A stretch of DNA of 64,000 bases, from the IMG/VR virus record IMGVR_UViG_3300035515_000158; one strand, given 5' to 3'. Each line of letters begins with the position of its first letter. The stretch's first letter is position 1. Under the pieces are notes generated by a model that worked only from the letters and a program-made list of their open reading frames with translations, did not search any database and was not told where the DNA came from. Positions 1 through 10,383 of this stretch are shown here, piece after piece. This DNA comes from a virus (taxonomy: Duplodnaviria; Heunggongvirae; Uroviricota; Caudoviricetes). Both the position numbers and the translations under genes were made by a program.

Positions 1-308
1 AACGAACTTGAAATCTATAAATTTCACAATACCCCAGACGGTTGCATCATTATCTGGAATTACACCTCCATTACAAACAGCATCATATTTGAATATACTC
101 TCTACGATGTCATTCTCATAAATCGGTTCACCATTGATGTCATTCAAACCAGTCCATTGGTCAACTGTTTTCTCATCAACAAGGTGATTCTGGTTTCCTA
201 CAATAATCTGTGTCTTGTCTTGATACACATTTTTACTGGGATAACCATGAACCCACTGCTTGTCCATTGTCTTACCACGAAAACGTATATTTCTCATAAC
301 TTGTATTT

Positions 309-959
309 TTATAATGTTCCTTCTATTAATTCACGTGGGATTGTTGCATAGTCCCTGTCGGTTTTTATTCTCAGGATGTTGAATTTGTTGGCCAAGTGTT
401 TCATCTTAGCATTCACACCCTCATCATGGAATTTCAACTTAGTCAAACCAAATTGAACCTCTGTCAATAAATCCATCAATCGTGCGAAATTTATCACTGA
501 ACAACCAGATACTAATTCGGTTTCCTTGCCTTGATACTTCTCGAGCAACTCAGGTAACTCATCTTCAAAAGTTCGCCATTCCGACCTCAACGGATCATTC
601 TCGCTCACTTCACCTCTGGTACTATTGTCGGTAGAATGAAGTTCCATAAGATAACTAAATACTTCCACCGCCTTGGGTAAACCATTCTTGTGGGTAATGT
701 CATCTATACTCAACGTCTCATCAAAACTGTCAATGAAATCAATCACAACCATTAAGTCATGTATCGGTCTCCGGAAGTCATATGTCAGACCATATTCTTC
801 AAATGTCATGGTCTGTTCTTCATATTCCTTTTGTTTGATTGTGTTGGCGATAAAGCAAGCGATTCCCTCTTTGTCTACTCGATATAGATTAACCTGACTG
901 CCAAAGAAAGAATTATTCAGTATCCTTATGGCCAACTTTTTCATTACTTGATTGCTCAT
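309..959 (-). CDS. hypothetical protein (216 aa)
   Basis: Long ATG-initiated ORF on the uniformly coding minus strand; no recognisable motif. Confidence 0.5.
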   Translation of the reverse strand: MSNQVMKKLAIRILNNSFFGSQVNLYRVDKEGIACFIANTIKQKEYEEQTMTFEEYGLTYDFRRPIHDLMVVIDFIDSFDETLSIDDITHKNGLPKAVEVFSYLMELHSTDNSTRGEVSENDPLRSEWRTFEDELPELLEKYQGKETELVSGCSVINFARLMDLLTEVQFGLTKLKFHDEGVNAKMKHLANKFNILRIKTDRDYATIPRELIEGTL

Positions 960-1211
960 TTGATTGTTTATTTTAGTTGTGTCACTCAGCTTTCTTTATT
1001 TCTTCCAACAACTCAACCATTCTATTGTTGTCCTCCATCTCATTAAGGAAATCGAGACAATTCCTACTGTGACTTTTCTCTTTGTCATAATGTCCCAGAC
1101 GGTCAATAATGGATTTTGGGTTTTTTAGTTGCAGGAATTTAATTTTGATACTGTCCATTGTCACATCACAGACAATGTTTTATCATTTTTCATAACAGAA
1201 CTGACCTTTAA

Positions 1212-1736
1212 TTAGTTTGCACGAGCTCCTTCGACTTCCCAAAATCTTTTCTTCTCTTTAAAATTAGTAACCAGTTTGTTAGTCATCCATTTTTTAATGT
1301 TGGATGAACCACAAAACATTGGTTGGGTAATAGTATCTTCGGAAAGTACATCAATCAATGTAGCGATATTTTTCGTATCATCTAAACGTGTCTGGTAGGG
1401 GAATATGTCAAATGGAACAAAAAAGTTGTCATTTATGTATGTATATGTAAAATTATCATGCCACCAACATTTATGTGCCTTAATAAAATTTCCATATTCA
1501 GCAGACACAGCCTGAAACCTTTCAACCATCCATTTGTGTTTATTATTTTCGGTAAGTCTTTTGTCCTCATCCATATCAACACTCCAGAAATAGTCCAGAA
1601 GTTCACACAGTTTTAAGACCGCATTACTTCGACCATTTTTTTTGGATAATGATTTGAATGATTCACCGGGGTATATGACCTTTTCATCAATCATACAACT
1701 TAATAATCCTTCGATTTGAGAATGTGAAAGTACCAT
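1212..1736 (-). CDS. hypothetical protein (174 aa)
   Basis: Minus-strand ORF directly downstream of a class-1 promoter element. Confidence 0.5.
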   Translation of the reverse strand: MVLSHSQIEGLLSCMIDEKVIYPGESFKSLSKKNGRSNAVLKLCELLDYFWSVDMDEDKRLTENNKHKWMVERFQAVSAEYGNFIKAHKCWWHDNFTYTYINDNFFVPFDIFPYQTRLDDTKNIATLIDVLSEDTITQPMFCGSSNIKKWMTNKLVTNFKEKKRFWEVEGARAN

Positions 1737-1777
1737 AATTTTTTTTGTTTTATTGGGGTTTAACTTTGTTTTTTATT

Positions 1778-1850
1778 TACACTACAAAGTTACTGGTTTT
1801 TTTCAACATATCCAAATAAACTGTGCTAAAAAAATGTTAAAAATTTCATT
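1778..1850 (-). promoter_or_regulatory. class-1 promoter element (Bacteroidetes sigma-A type: -33 TTTG, 20-nt spacer, -7 TAACTTTG)
   Basis: Conserved ~70-nt element; -7 box at 1785-1792 and -33 box at 1813-1816 on the minus strand. Confidence 0.65.
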
Positions 1851-1874
1851 AGCACAGTCTACGATTTATTTTCG

Positions 1875-2366
1875 TCATTCAAAGAACTGGATGTTTTTGT
1901 CGTTGGGGTTTTCTGATGACCTCGCTTTTTCAGTGGCTTCCTTTACAACACCATCTACGGTCTTTCTAACCTGTCGTGAAAATTCCTGAGCCATCACTAT
2001 CGGGAAAATTTGGTCAACATATCTCTTACATTCTTTCTTAATGACAGACAGTAGATTGTTTTGCATCTGATATATCTCATTCCCAATCAAACGGTCAACC
2101 TCATCTTTTGTCTGTTGTCTAATCTTCTCAACCACTTCCTTTCCCAGATGGTCTTTCACATATCCATTCCATCGTTTCTCATCATATACTTGGCCTTCAA
2201 TGATGTCTTTCACTTTATTGACAACTTCCTCATTTTCGATTTTCTTGATGTAGGAGTTCGCTAATTTGTTGAGGACTGTTTCCTTTATCTGGACTTCCAA
2301 TTCCCCATCACCTTCAATTAACTTTTCGAGGGCTTCCAAACTATTCACTTGTAATTTCAAACTCAT
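1875..2366 (-). CDS. hypothetical Glu/Lys-rich coiled-coil protein (163 aa)
   Basis: ORF with a charged heptad-like composition. Confidence 0.5.
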   Translation of the reverse strand: MSLKLQVNSLEALEKLIEGDGELEVQIKETVLNKLANSYIKKIENEEVVNKVKDIIEGQVYDEKRWNGYVKDHLGKEVVEKIRQQTKDEVDRLIGNEIYQMQNNLLSVIKKECKRYVDQIFPIVMAQEFSRQVRKTVDGVVKEATEKARSSENPNDKNIQFFE

Positions 2367-2373
2367 CGTACGA

Positions 2374-4518
2374 TTAATTTTCGTTGTTAAACATTCTATA
2401 AAATTTACTTGACTTGGCTTCCTCTTCGGTCTTGAAATAATTACCTGAGTTATATAGTCTTTCTACTCTTGGTTTGACATCATAGTCCTCATCACCATAG
2501 TCTTGTTCACTTCTGACTATTCCATCAGCATCTACATAATAAAATTCTCCATCATAAGCTCGCCACTTTGGACAAACATATTTAGACCAATCTCGTTCTG
2601 TGTGACTTGGGAAAAGGATACACTCATTATCTTCATATCCTTGGAGTGTACCATCTTCATTTAACAACAATCTGGATGACAGTTCCATGTTCGGATTAGT
2701 GAAGATTGATATGGTCATTCCATAATTTACTTTCCTGATACTTCCAAATCTTACATATCCAAAACAGGGAGAATATAACTTGGTTCCCTTGGGTGTTCCA
2801 TTCAATATCTTGGCAATGTTGAGACCTGTTGTTTTCCAGAATAATGGATTTTCATCATCTTCAAAGAACTCATCACACCACAAATAATCATTGGCTTCCT
2901 TTGTGAAATAATTACCTTGTTCTGTGACCGACGTAATTGTTAACTCTTGTCCACAATACTGAGTCATTTTTTTACAGAACCAAATATGTCCGGAGGGTTG
3001 ATCGATGGCGATATCTCCTATTTCTGTCTTAGCGGATTTATCATACCATTCCTTGGATTTTACTCGAACAACATCACCAATTTTATGTTTCGGTTTGACT
3101 TCTTCCTTGACCTCAAATTCCGGTTTATCTACGGCTGAGTTAGTATCACAGTCAACTTCAATGTCATCAACCTCATCAAATATTTCCTCATCCTCATCAA
3201 CTAAGTCAAAGAACTCATCAGACCAAATGAAATACTGACTATCTTCCTCCATGAAATAATCACCATTACAGTCGATTGCTTTGATGGTCATTACTTGGTC
3301 ACAATACTCCTTCATCTCTTGGGTAAAACAAGCATATCCAATTCTAGTAGGAACAACAACATCACCTAAACCTGACAATTTTCCCTTGGACATTTCATTG
3401 AACCATTCCTTGTCATGTATCTTTACCTTGTCACCGATTTTGAACTGAGGGTAAACGATAATGTCTTCAACACCCCCTTCAAAGAAATCAGGTGCCCAGT
3501 CATAATTAAGATCATCTTCCTTCAGTCGGTAGTTTCCATCAGTGTAGTATGTTTCTTCTTGGATGGTCATTTCCCTTCCACAATACTGAGCCATGTCCTT
3601 GGTGAAGTAAAATTTTAGTCCACCTCGTTCCTTGATAAATCCACCACACTCATCTTTCGTCTGTCGTGAAAACCAATCCCAATCTTTAATAGTTACTTTA
3701 TCACCGGGTGAGTATTTCTTGGCTACCTTTACACACACTTTAATCTTATCACCAACGGAATCAAAAAACTTGTCTGACCAAAGGTAATCCTCATCAACAC
3801 CATCAAGAGTATAGACACCAGACTTAACTCCATTGATTTTCATTATTTGTCCACAGTAATCATACATCTTCTCCGGAAATTTATATTGAATTCCATCATC
3901 CTCGAACTCAACATCACCTTCATTATTGTGGGGCAACAAGTCAAACCATTCCTCGGACTTTACCTTGACAACATCTCCTACTTTATATCTTTCGTAATTC
4001 GTGTCGTCAGCTAAGTCAAAGAAAGCGGGAGACCAAATGAAATCCAACATATCCTCCTTAAGATAATAACCTCCATCTTCAGCTTCCTGTTGAATTGTCA
4101 TTACTTGTCCACAATACACACTCATCTTCTTGGTGAAATAAACCTCATGGTCATCTTCTTCACCAACATAAGCTACTACATCCCCATCAATATCCTTGGG
4201 TTGATTAGCGAACCATTCAATAGATTTGATTCGCACCTTTTGACCTTTTTTATATTCCATCTCTTTTACGTATTCATCAAAAAATCGGTCTATCCAACAA
4301 AAATATCCATTATCCTCAGCTAAGTGATATAGACCATTATTTAGCACTTCACTGATTGTCATTTTCTTCCCACAATATTCACTCATGGGTCGAAGAAAAT
4401 AAAGGTTGTTGTTTTGTGAATTAAACTTAAACGGTATGTCACCACTATTATCTTTTTGTTGTTCATACCATTCCTTGGACTTAATTCTTACTACATCTCC
4501 TACTTTATACTCAGCCAT
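2374..4518 (-). CDS. tandem-repeat protein (714 aa); ~7 copies of a ~70-aa repeat (K-x-GD-VV-x-KSKEW ... YCGQ-x-MTI ... W-x-D-x-FF) plus a distinct C-terminal domain
   Basis: Internal protein repeats are visible directly in the translation; ATG confirmed at 4516-4518. Confidence 0.6.
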   Translation of the reverse strand: MAEYKVGDVVRIKSKEWYEQQKDNSGDIPFKFNSQNNNLYFLRPMSEYCGKKMTISEVLNNGLYHLAEDNGYFCWIDRFFDEYVKEMEYKKGQKVRIKSIEWFANQPKDIDGDVVAYVGEEDDHEVYFTKKMSVYCGQVMTIQQEAEDGGYYLKEDMLDFIWSPAFFDLADDTNYERYKVGDVVKVKSEEWFDLLPHNNEGDVEFEDDGIQYKFPEKMYDYCGQIMKINGVKSGVYTLDGVDEDYLWSDKFFDSVGDKIKVCVKVAKKYSPGDKVTIKDWDWFSRQTKDECGGFIKERGGLKFYFTKDMAQYCGREMTIQEETYYTDGNYRLKEDDLNYDWAPDFFEGGVEDIIVYPQFKIGDKVKIHDKEWFNEMSKGKLSGLGDVVVPTRIGYACFTQEMKEYCDQVMTIKAIDCNGDYFMEEDSQYFIWSDEFFDLVDEDEEIFDEVDDIEVDCDTNSAVDKPEFEVKEEVKPKHKIGDVVRVKSKEWYDKSAKTEIGDIAIDQPSGHIWFCKKMTQYCGQELTITSVTEQGNYFTKEANDYLWCDEFFEDDENPLFWKTTGLNIAKILNGTPKGTKLYSPCFGYVRFGSIRKVNYGMTISIFTNPNMELSSRLLLNEDGTLQGYEDNECILFPSHTERDWSKYVCPKWRAYDGEFYYVDADGIVRSEQDYGDEDYDVKPRVERLYNSGNYFKTEEEAKSSKFYRMFNNEN

Positions 4519-4520
4519 TT

Positions 4521-5033
4521 TTATTTTTGTTTACGGTGGAATGCAAAATAAATGTTTGATTTCTCGGCTTCTACATCTGTCATAAAGTAATTTCCAAAAA
4601 GCCAACGACAGGAATCAGTGGGGGTGAGTTGTTCTTCTTCTTGACGGACTAACCCACAATCATTAATATAGAAATACCTGTTTCCTTTCTTAGCTCGGTC
4701 TTGTGGTTTATATACTTCCGACCATGATAGTTTCTCTTTACTTGGATAGAGGGACACATCTCCACACACATCTTCACTCAGTTCATAATTCTTGCCTCTT
4801 ATCTCAACCATGGCAATTCCTCGATAATTGAACTTCACGATTCTGTCATCATCGGTTTTACATTTTATAATTTTAACAGTTGTCCGGAGACTATCTTCAC
4901 ATTCGATACTATAAAATTTCAGGGGACCATACACATCACACCACAAAGGTATCATATGTCTAACACTAACGGGGAACTCATTAAGATAGTCAACCACGTA
5001 TTTATCTCCAAAGTGATAATCATTTTCCATCAT
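4521..5033 (-). CDS. hypothetical protein (170 aa)
   Basis: Minus-strand ORF in a tight array with its neighbours. Confidence 0.5.
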   Translation of the reverse strand: MMENDYHFGDKYVVDYLNEFPVSVRHMIPLWCDVYGPLKFYSIECEDSLRTTVKIIKCKTDDDRIVKFNYRGIAMVEIRGKNYELSEDVCGDVSLYPSKEKLSWSEVYKPQDRAKKGNRYFYINDCGLVRQEEEQLTPTDSCRWLFGNYFMTDVEAEKSNIYFAFHRKQK

Positions 5034-5437
5034 CGTACGAAATTATAATGAATAGCTAAGTAATGTAAACAATCTACCAAACCAGTTACCAGACCTTTTG
5101 TGCAATGAAATCTGATGAACTCTTTTCCGTTTAGGTAATAGATAACGACATCTGGTACTCTTTTTCCGACCTCGACACTCATGTAAATGTCGGCACTGTC
5201 CTCATCATATTTGTCAGTGATTGTTTTAGGGTAGAGGTTCATCAAGGCGCCAACTGACCAAGCAGGCTGATCTCCATCTTTCGACTCATCATAAATTGGT
5301 AAGCCTTCCTCATCTGTTATGAAAATATTACCTATGTTTAATACACCCCCATCATAGTAGAAGTCTGATGTTCGGGGATCAAAACCCAAAACCATCAACA
5401 TCGAAGATTGGTCAGGCGTGGTTACTTGTATTCCCAT
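5030..5437 (-). CDS. hypothetical protein (135 aa)
   Basis: 4-nt overlap with the upstream gene suggests translational coupling. Confidence 0.45.
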   Translation of the reverse strand: MGIQVTTPDQSSMLMVLGFDPRTSDFYYDGGVLNIGNIFITDEEGLPIYDESKDGDQPAWSVGALMNLYPKTITDKYDEDSADIYMSVEVGKRVPDVVIYYLNGKEFIRFHCTKGLVTGLVDCLHYLAIHYNFVR

Positions 5438-5939
5438 TTTTCAGAAAGTTATAAAATTCAACATTAAATCCTATCACTCTCGCATGTGCTAAGTCACGAT
5501 AATAAGTGTAATTCTTAATAGCACTCACGAGGTTTTCATTCATCCCTTCAAAATCATGCTGGAGTCCAAGAACACGTAGAACTTCCAATGACTGATAAAT
5601 TTCTTCAAACTCATCAAGAACTTCACAAACACATTCGAGGTTTAGGTCTTGATACATTCCTTCCTTAACAGAACCAAACACATCTTTATATACATTTTTA
5701 TATGTAGTGTCTAATTCTGCTTTTCTTTTCATAAGGGTGGTGATAATCTGTGTGAACCGGGTGACGAAATTACCCCATTCAAATGTCAACAACACACCAC
5801 TGATGATTGATACATCCTGAGCTTGACGTTTTCTACCATATAAACAACTATCAACACAGGTAGCAAATGTCATGTCAGTTTTAGAAGCCAACTCAAAGAT
5901 AGAGTCAATTAATTTTTTATTTACAGTATTCATATCCAA
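5412..5939 (-). CDS. hypothetical protein (175 aa)
   Basis: Minus-strand ORF. Confidence 0.45.
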   Translation of the reverse strand: MDMNTVNKKLIDSIFELASKTDMTFATCVDSCLYGRKRQAQDVSIISGVLLTFEWGNFVTRFTQIITTLMKRKAELDTTYKNVYKDVFGSVKEGMYQDLNLECVCEVLDEFEEIYQSLEVLRVLGLQHDFEGMNENLVSAIKNYTYYRDLAHARVIGFNVEFYNFLKNGNTSNHA

Positions 5940-6451
5940 AATCCTTTTAATACGTTGTTAACTAAATAATCTCGGTCATCTATTTTGTTGAGGTCATGTT
6001 TCATATCTCTAATAACCCATGACCAACTTTCCCTAAACGATACGAAATTGTTCGCCGCCATTAGGTCAAGTAACTTAGCGATGTCCATTACATTCACATC
6101 TTTGAAGTTATAATCATTGTCCATTGGAATTAATTTACCAACTTCATGTTCTACCAATGATGTGTAGGTTTTATCCTCATCACAACACAATTTATAGATT
6201 AACTTTTGTGTGATTAAGGAAGCCGCGATATGTTCAGAGAGTGTGAAGAAATCGGGGTCATACTCAAGGATATGTTGTTTCTCCTTGTGAGTATTGTAAA
6301 TCATATCCAAAATCTGAGCTAAGTCTAAGATATGTTTTGGATAGAATTCCTCCGTACATACTCTCGAAAAGGAATAACCCTGATAGACGACGAGTTTCTT
6401 AGTGATTAACTCATCCAAGGTGTTTGATATTTGTGACTTGTTCATTGTCAT
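5930..6451 (-). CDS. hypothetical protein (173 aa)
   Basis: ORF immediately downstream of the class-1 promoter at 6465-6535. Confidence 0.5.
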   Translation of the reverse strand: MTMNKSQISNTLDELITKKLVVYQGYSFSRVCTEEFYPKHILDLAQILDMIYNTHKEKQHILEYDPDFFTLSEHIAASLITQKLIYKLCCDEDKTYTSLVEHEVGKLIPMDNDYNFKDVNVMDIAKLLDLMAANNFVSFRESWSWVIRDMKHDLNKIDDRDYLVNNVLKGFWI

Positions 6452-6464
6452 TTGTTTTTTGATT

Positions 6465-6535
6465 ACACTACAAAGTTACAGGTTTTTCTCGACCTCTCCA
6501 AATAAAAACAGCTAATTATTGTTAACCTTCTCGAT
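6465..6535 (-). promoter_or_regulatory. class-1 promoter element
   Basis: -7 TAACTTTG at 6471-6478; -33 TTTG at 6499-6502. Confidence 0.65.
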
Positions 6536-7070
6536 TTTTTATGATACGATTTTTTTCGTCAGTCGTAATAGTAAAATGTCTTTGAAATTGTACAAGCCCA
6601 TGTTCAATATATGTCATCCTCATCTGGTAACTGTCTAAAAGTCGAAGATAAAATGGTGTTCTGTGCCAACTTCCCTTCAATATGTCAATCACTATATCAT
6701 TTACCACATTAAGAAGTCTGACCAAATTCTCATAATAAAAGTTACGGTATATTGAGTTCGTGTACATCTGTGGTTCGATTGTTCTAAATGACAATTCCCT
6801 TTTGTCTGAGTTGTTTATCATCAGGTTATATATGTTGTCATTTAAGTCGGCTTCTACATCTGGATTAATAAACACACGAATAAGTTCAATGACATAATTA
6901 ACCATGCCTTCAAATTCAGACTCACCAACACCTGCATATTTTGGTTTGAGTCTTTCTATAACCTTTTCTGTCAAGCCCAGTACAGTTCCACTCGGTTGAT
7001 AAAGACTGTCGATTTCATTTACCACATCTCGTATTTCAGTCTGTGTGATATATCTTTTGTCTAATTCCAT
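6522..7070 (-). CDS. hypothetical protein (182 aa)
   Basis: Minus-strand ORF. Confidence 0.5.
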   Translation of the reverse strand: MELDKRYITQTEIRDVVNEIDSLYQPSGTVLGLTEKVIERLKPKYAGVGESEFEGMVNYVIELIRVFINPDVEADLNDNIYNLMINNSDKRELSFRTIEPQMYTNSIYRNFYYENLVRLLNVVNDIVIDILKGSWHRTPFYLRLLDSYQMRMTYIEHGLVQFQRHFTITTDEKNRIIKNREG

Positions 7071-7076
7071 GACGAT

Positions 7077-7496
7077 TTATTTTCGTTTACTTAACCAACA
7101 ATTAACCCATTTATCACACAATATCAATGAAAAGATAGAGGGACAAAAACCACCACCACTAATAAACTCATGGTATAGTTCAATCGTGTCCATCATATTA
7201 GCCACTACATATATTGGATTGTTAAATGACTTTCTGGATACATTTGAAGTGAATTTCTTTCCGGAAGGTGTCTCTTGAAGTAGTCGGTCAATATGTTTCT
7301 TTATCAACGGCACAGTATTAATCTCCAAAATAGTGTCCAATACATCAGCTGCGATTGTCCACTGTTGTCCTATTACTGAGGGATAAAGTGGATCATCATT
7401 CTTCTCCAACACAACACCTCGACAAGTATTATTATCATCTAAATTATAAGTCACCAAGTCAATCACATACTTAGCGGAACATTCATCAAAAGTCAT
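7077..7496 (-). CDS. hypothetical protein (139 aa)
   Basis: Minus-strand ORF. Confidence 0.45.
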   Translation of the reverse strand: MTFDECSAKYVIDLVTYNLDDNNTCRGVVLEKNDDPLYPSVIGQQWTIAADVLDTILEINTVPLIKKHIDRLLQETPSGKKFTSNVSRKSFNNPIYVVANMMDTIELYHEFISGGGFCPSIFSLILCDKWVNCWLSKRK

Positions 7497-7921
7497 ATCA
7501 CAATATTTTTTAACATCGTATAAAATTTACTGGTCAAAATAAACGGCATGTCATTTCTATCTGTTTTCTCCCAGATTGTTTTGATTTCCCGAATGTCATC
7601 AATTACATTAGCTACCATTACTGAAACCATCTTATCTTTCTTGATTATTTTTGAACTGTCTATAATTCTGTAATGGTTAACCGGACAATATTTAATTCTA
7701 CAAAATCCAATACGTTCATCCTCATACTCATCAATGGTCTTTCTAATTTCCTCATTATGTCCTTTACCAGTTAACTCATCAATAATGTCAGCTACCATAA
7801 AGATAGTTTGATTGTTCTCAGGTTCTAATGTGGAGTATTTCAAAAGGTCATCTCGGAGTGAACCTTTACATGAATATTTGTTATTGAGTAATTTGAAGAT
7901 TGTATCGTTTCGTGAAGTCAT
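7493..7921 (-). CDS. hypothetical protein (142 aa)
   Basis: 4-nt overlap with the adjacent gene. Confidence 0.45.
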   Translation of the reverse strand: MTSRNDTIFKLLNNKYSCKGSLRDDLLKYSTLEPENNQTIFMVADIIDELTGKGHNEEIRKTIDEYEDERIGFCRIKYCPVNHYRIIDSSKIIKKDKMVSVMVANVIDDIREIKTIWEKTDRNDMPFILTSKFYTMLKNIVI

Positions 7922-8441
7922 TTTGTATTTCTTCTATTTGTTTTACTCTATGGTCGTAATCTATAATCAAATATTTCTCCAATTTAGTGTGAGGTTTAGC
8001 CCACTTTATGTCGAGGTCATTAGCCTGTTCAAAACTTAACTTTCGTATTTCGTCTAACACAACACTAAGTAACCAAAGATAATATTCATAAGCATTGGTC
8101 ACATCAGGTATCCTTTCTCTGACGAACTCATATGTTTCACTGTCTCTGAATAATCTCTCTCGTATAAAATCATCAGCCCAGTCACTCATTGTATTTGGGT
8201 AAGTTGTCAAGAGTTGGTCAATTATCCATCCAGTGTTTATTCCTGTTCGACCATCTTCAACATTAGGTAAACCATAACTTTGCACCCAGAAGTAATATGT
8301 ACAATTAGTGGGGAGTTCATATCTATCATCAGCGGACAAATTTACACCTACGAGTTCATCAGGCATCCTATTAATTATATCCCTGACTTCTTTACTGAAT
8401 TTATCGTACGACAGTTTCATATATTTCTCGATATTTGACAA
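7881..8441 (-). CDS. hypothetical protein (186 aa)
   Basis: Minus-strand ORF. Confidence 0.45.
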   Translation of the reverse strand: MSNIEKYMKLSYDKFSKEVRDIINRMPDELVGVNLSADDRYELPTNCTYYFWVQSYGLPNVEDGRTGINTGWIIDQLLTTYPNTMSDWADDFIRERLFRDSETYEFVRERIPDVTNAYEYYLWLLSVVLDEIRKLSFEQANDLDIKWAKPHTKLEKYLIIDYDHRVKQIEEIQNDFTKRYNLQITQ

Positions 8442-8898
8442 CTAATTCCACTCTAAATTTCTCCACCATTGTCTCCGGATGTTGGAAATTATATTCAAGT
8501 ATGTCAAGTAAGGAAGCTATCTTTAAGTAGTTATCACCTCCATCAGTTTTGACAAGTGTAGAATCAACATAATCTACATCTGGGTGGAGTTTATGTTCAT
8601 CAATTAGTTTCTGGATATAGTTCTTGTATTTTCTCACATAAGGTTTTTCCTCATCAAAATCAAGAACAGCATCACAAATGTCACACCATGTTTGGACTGA
8701 AGTGTCGGTTTTCTTGTAACAGTTGGTCTGAATTTTAATAGACACCCAACAATTCAGTATAGTATTTGAACACCTACCTATGTCGAAAAAACCTTGGTCA
8801 TCATCTCTATCAATGTAGTAGATACTGAGCCAATCAATAAACTCATTAATATATTCCTTCATGTTCATTCCATTATTTCTCCACCACCAAATTTCCAA
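8401..8898 (-). CDS. hypothetical protein (165 aa)
   Basis: Minus-strand ORF. Confidence 0.45.
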   Translation of the reverse strand: MEIWWWRNNGMNMKEYINEFIDWLSIYYIDRDDDQGFFDIGRCSNTILNCWVSIKIQTNCYKKTDTSVQTWCDICDAVLDFDEEKPYVRKYKNYIQKLIDEHKLHPDVDYVDSTLVKTDGGDNYLKIASLLDILEYNFQHPETMVEKFRVELVVKYREIYETVVR

Positions 8899-9476
8899 AT
8901 ACCTAAATCTTGTACCTTCACATTTTTACAATTTTTTACAGTCCAAGTTGAGGGGTTCATGAAAAAATTAATGATGTGTGTCTTGTTACATCTTTGACAT
9001 TTATATATTAGACAACCATTGTACTCTTGTATTGGAGGATTAACCCAAATGTTAGCTGAGTATTTGTGAATATTTTCCCAGTTAATATCAACCAAGTCAT
9101 ACCGACGATTTTTTTCGTACCCACAATATTCACACACACATTTGATTTCTTTATTAGATATCCAAGATTTACCAATACAACATCTATATTCAACTAATGC
9201 ATCCTTACTTGACACTGTGGGATAATAGTAATTTTCATTTTTACCACCAATCCATTTAGAAACTTTGATAGTGATGTCTTGATCCCATAGTCGTTTCAGT
9301 TCAATCTTAGCGGTATATTCTTCACTACCATCTTTGAAATCCACACGTGTCTTTTCAAATGTGAGGTCATCATCATTTATATAGAATACGTATGGTTGGG
9401 GTTCACCTTTATATTTCCATTTCTCAGGATAACAGGTAACTTTGATTCGATAAGTATAAGTCTTTTTAGTTTTCAT
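8865..9476 (-). CDS. hypothetical protein with CxxC zinc-ribbon-like pairs (203 aa)
   Basis: CEYCGYEK and CQRCNKTH motifs. Confidence 0.45.
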   Translation of the reverse strand: MKTKKTYTYRIKVTCYPEKWKYKGEPQPYVFYINDDDLTFEKTRVDFKDGSEEYTAKIELKRLWDQDITIKVSKWIGGKNENYYYPTVSSKDALVEYRCCIGKSWISNKEIKCVCEYCGYEKNRRYDLVDINWENIHKYSANIWVNPPIQEYNGCLIYKCQRCNKTHIINFFMNPSTWTVKNCKNVKVQDLGIWKFGGGEIME

Positions 9477-9723
9477 ATTCTTCTACATTAAAATTAACAG
9501 GTTCATCACAATCAATCTCCGGATATGACTCAACGAAATCAAATTCATTAGTCCATTGGTGGAAGGTCAACTCAATATCTTTGTATGTAAAGTGAGCTGA
9601 GTATTGTCTATTCCATCCATATTGTGTTTCGTTACTATCCGTCACTTCCCAATTCAACTCATCATCAAGAATAGTGAGAGGTTCATTGGGATACTTTTCA
9701 AATGTCAATATATATTTTCTCAT
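9466..9723 (-). CDS. hypothetical protein (85 aa)
   Basis: Minus-strand ORF. Confidence 0.4.
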   Translation of the reverse strand: MRKYILTFEKYPNEPLTILDDELNWEVTDSNETQYGWNRQYSAHFTYKDIELTFHQWTNEFDFVESYPEIDCDEPVNFNVEEYEN

Positions 9724-10049
9724 TCCAATACTATTACATCTATTGAGTCGTTAACATAGAAATATTTGTATGTTCCATCTCGACGTTTCATACAATATAG
9801 TTTCTTGTTGTCATCGAATTGAAAATCTGTTCCTATTTCATATTCACCCATCATATCTCTAACCAATATAGTCTGGTTCTGGAAAAGGAAACGTTGGATA
9901 TCACCATCAAAGTTAATATGTATCCAAGCTTTCGTTGGGTTGAATTTTTGGTCATAGTCCCACCACTCAGCTACTATAAGACAAATAAAATATAGTAGTA
10001 AGGGGGCTACAAACATACATAAGAACGGGAGCATATCATCGAGTGTCAT
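9720..10049 (-). CDS. hypothetical membrane protein (109 aa)
   Basis: N-terminal hydrophobic segment FLCMFVAPLLLYFICLIVA. Confidence 0.45.
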   Translation of the reverse strand: MTLDDMLPFLCMFVAPLLLYFICLIVAEWWDYDQKFNPTKAWIHINFDGDIQRFLFQNQTILVRDMMGEYEIGTDFQFDDNKKLYCMKRRDGTYKYFYVNDSIDVIVLE

Positions 10050-10207
10050 AATTTATCAACGGTTTTAGGGATAATATTTTTTTCAATTAATCTGTCATAT
10101 AGTTTATCAGCGAAATCTGTGTTAGCCAAGTTTTCAAGAGAATGAATACCCATCTCTTTCATTAGTTGGTCTATGATGTCGCTAATTTTTTCTTGAGTAT
10201 TGTCCAT
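10046..10207 (-). CDS. small protein (53 aa, MDNTQEKISDIIDQLMKEMG...) missed by the 60-aa ORF cutoff
   Basis: ATG at 10205-10207; TGA stop forms an ATGA overlap with the start of the 9720..10049 gene. Confidence 0.4.
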   Translation of the reverse strand: MDNTQEKISDIIDQLMKEMGIHSLENLANTDFADKLYDRLIEKNIIPKTVDKL

Positions 10208-10383
10208 GTGATGATGATTTTTAAGGAGTTTACTATAAACATAACAAAGATAATTTCGTATTACTGTTAAAAGATATTAAGGATGGTCGTAGGAGTTAAT
10301 TAGAGGACTTCTGACGGACTTTGAGGTGTCAGGATAGAGAAGTTATCATCTGTCACCTCAAAGTGTCTTAAATCGCAAATAAA

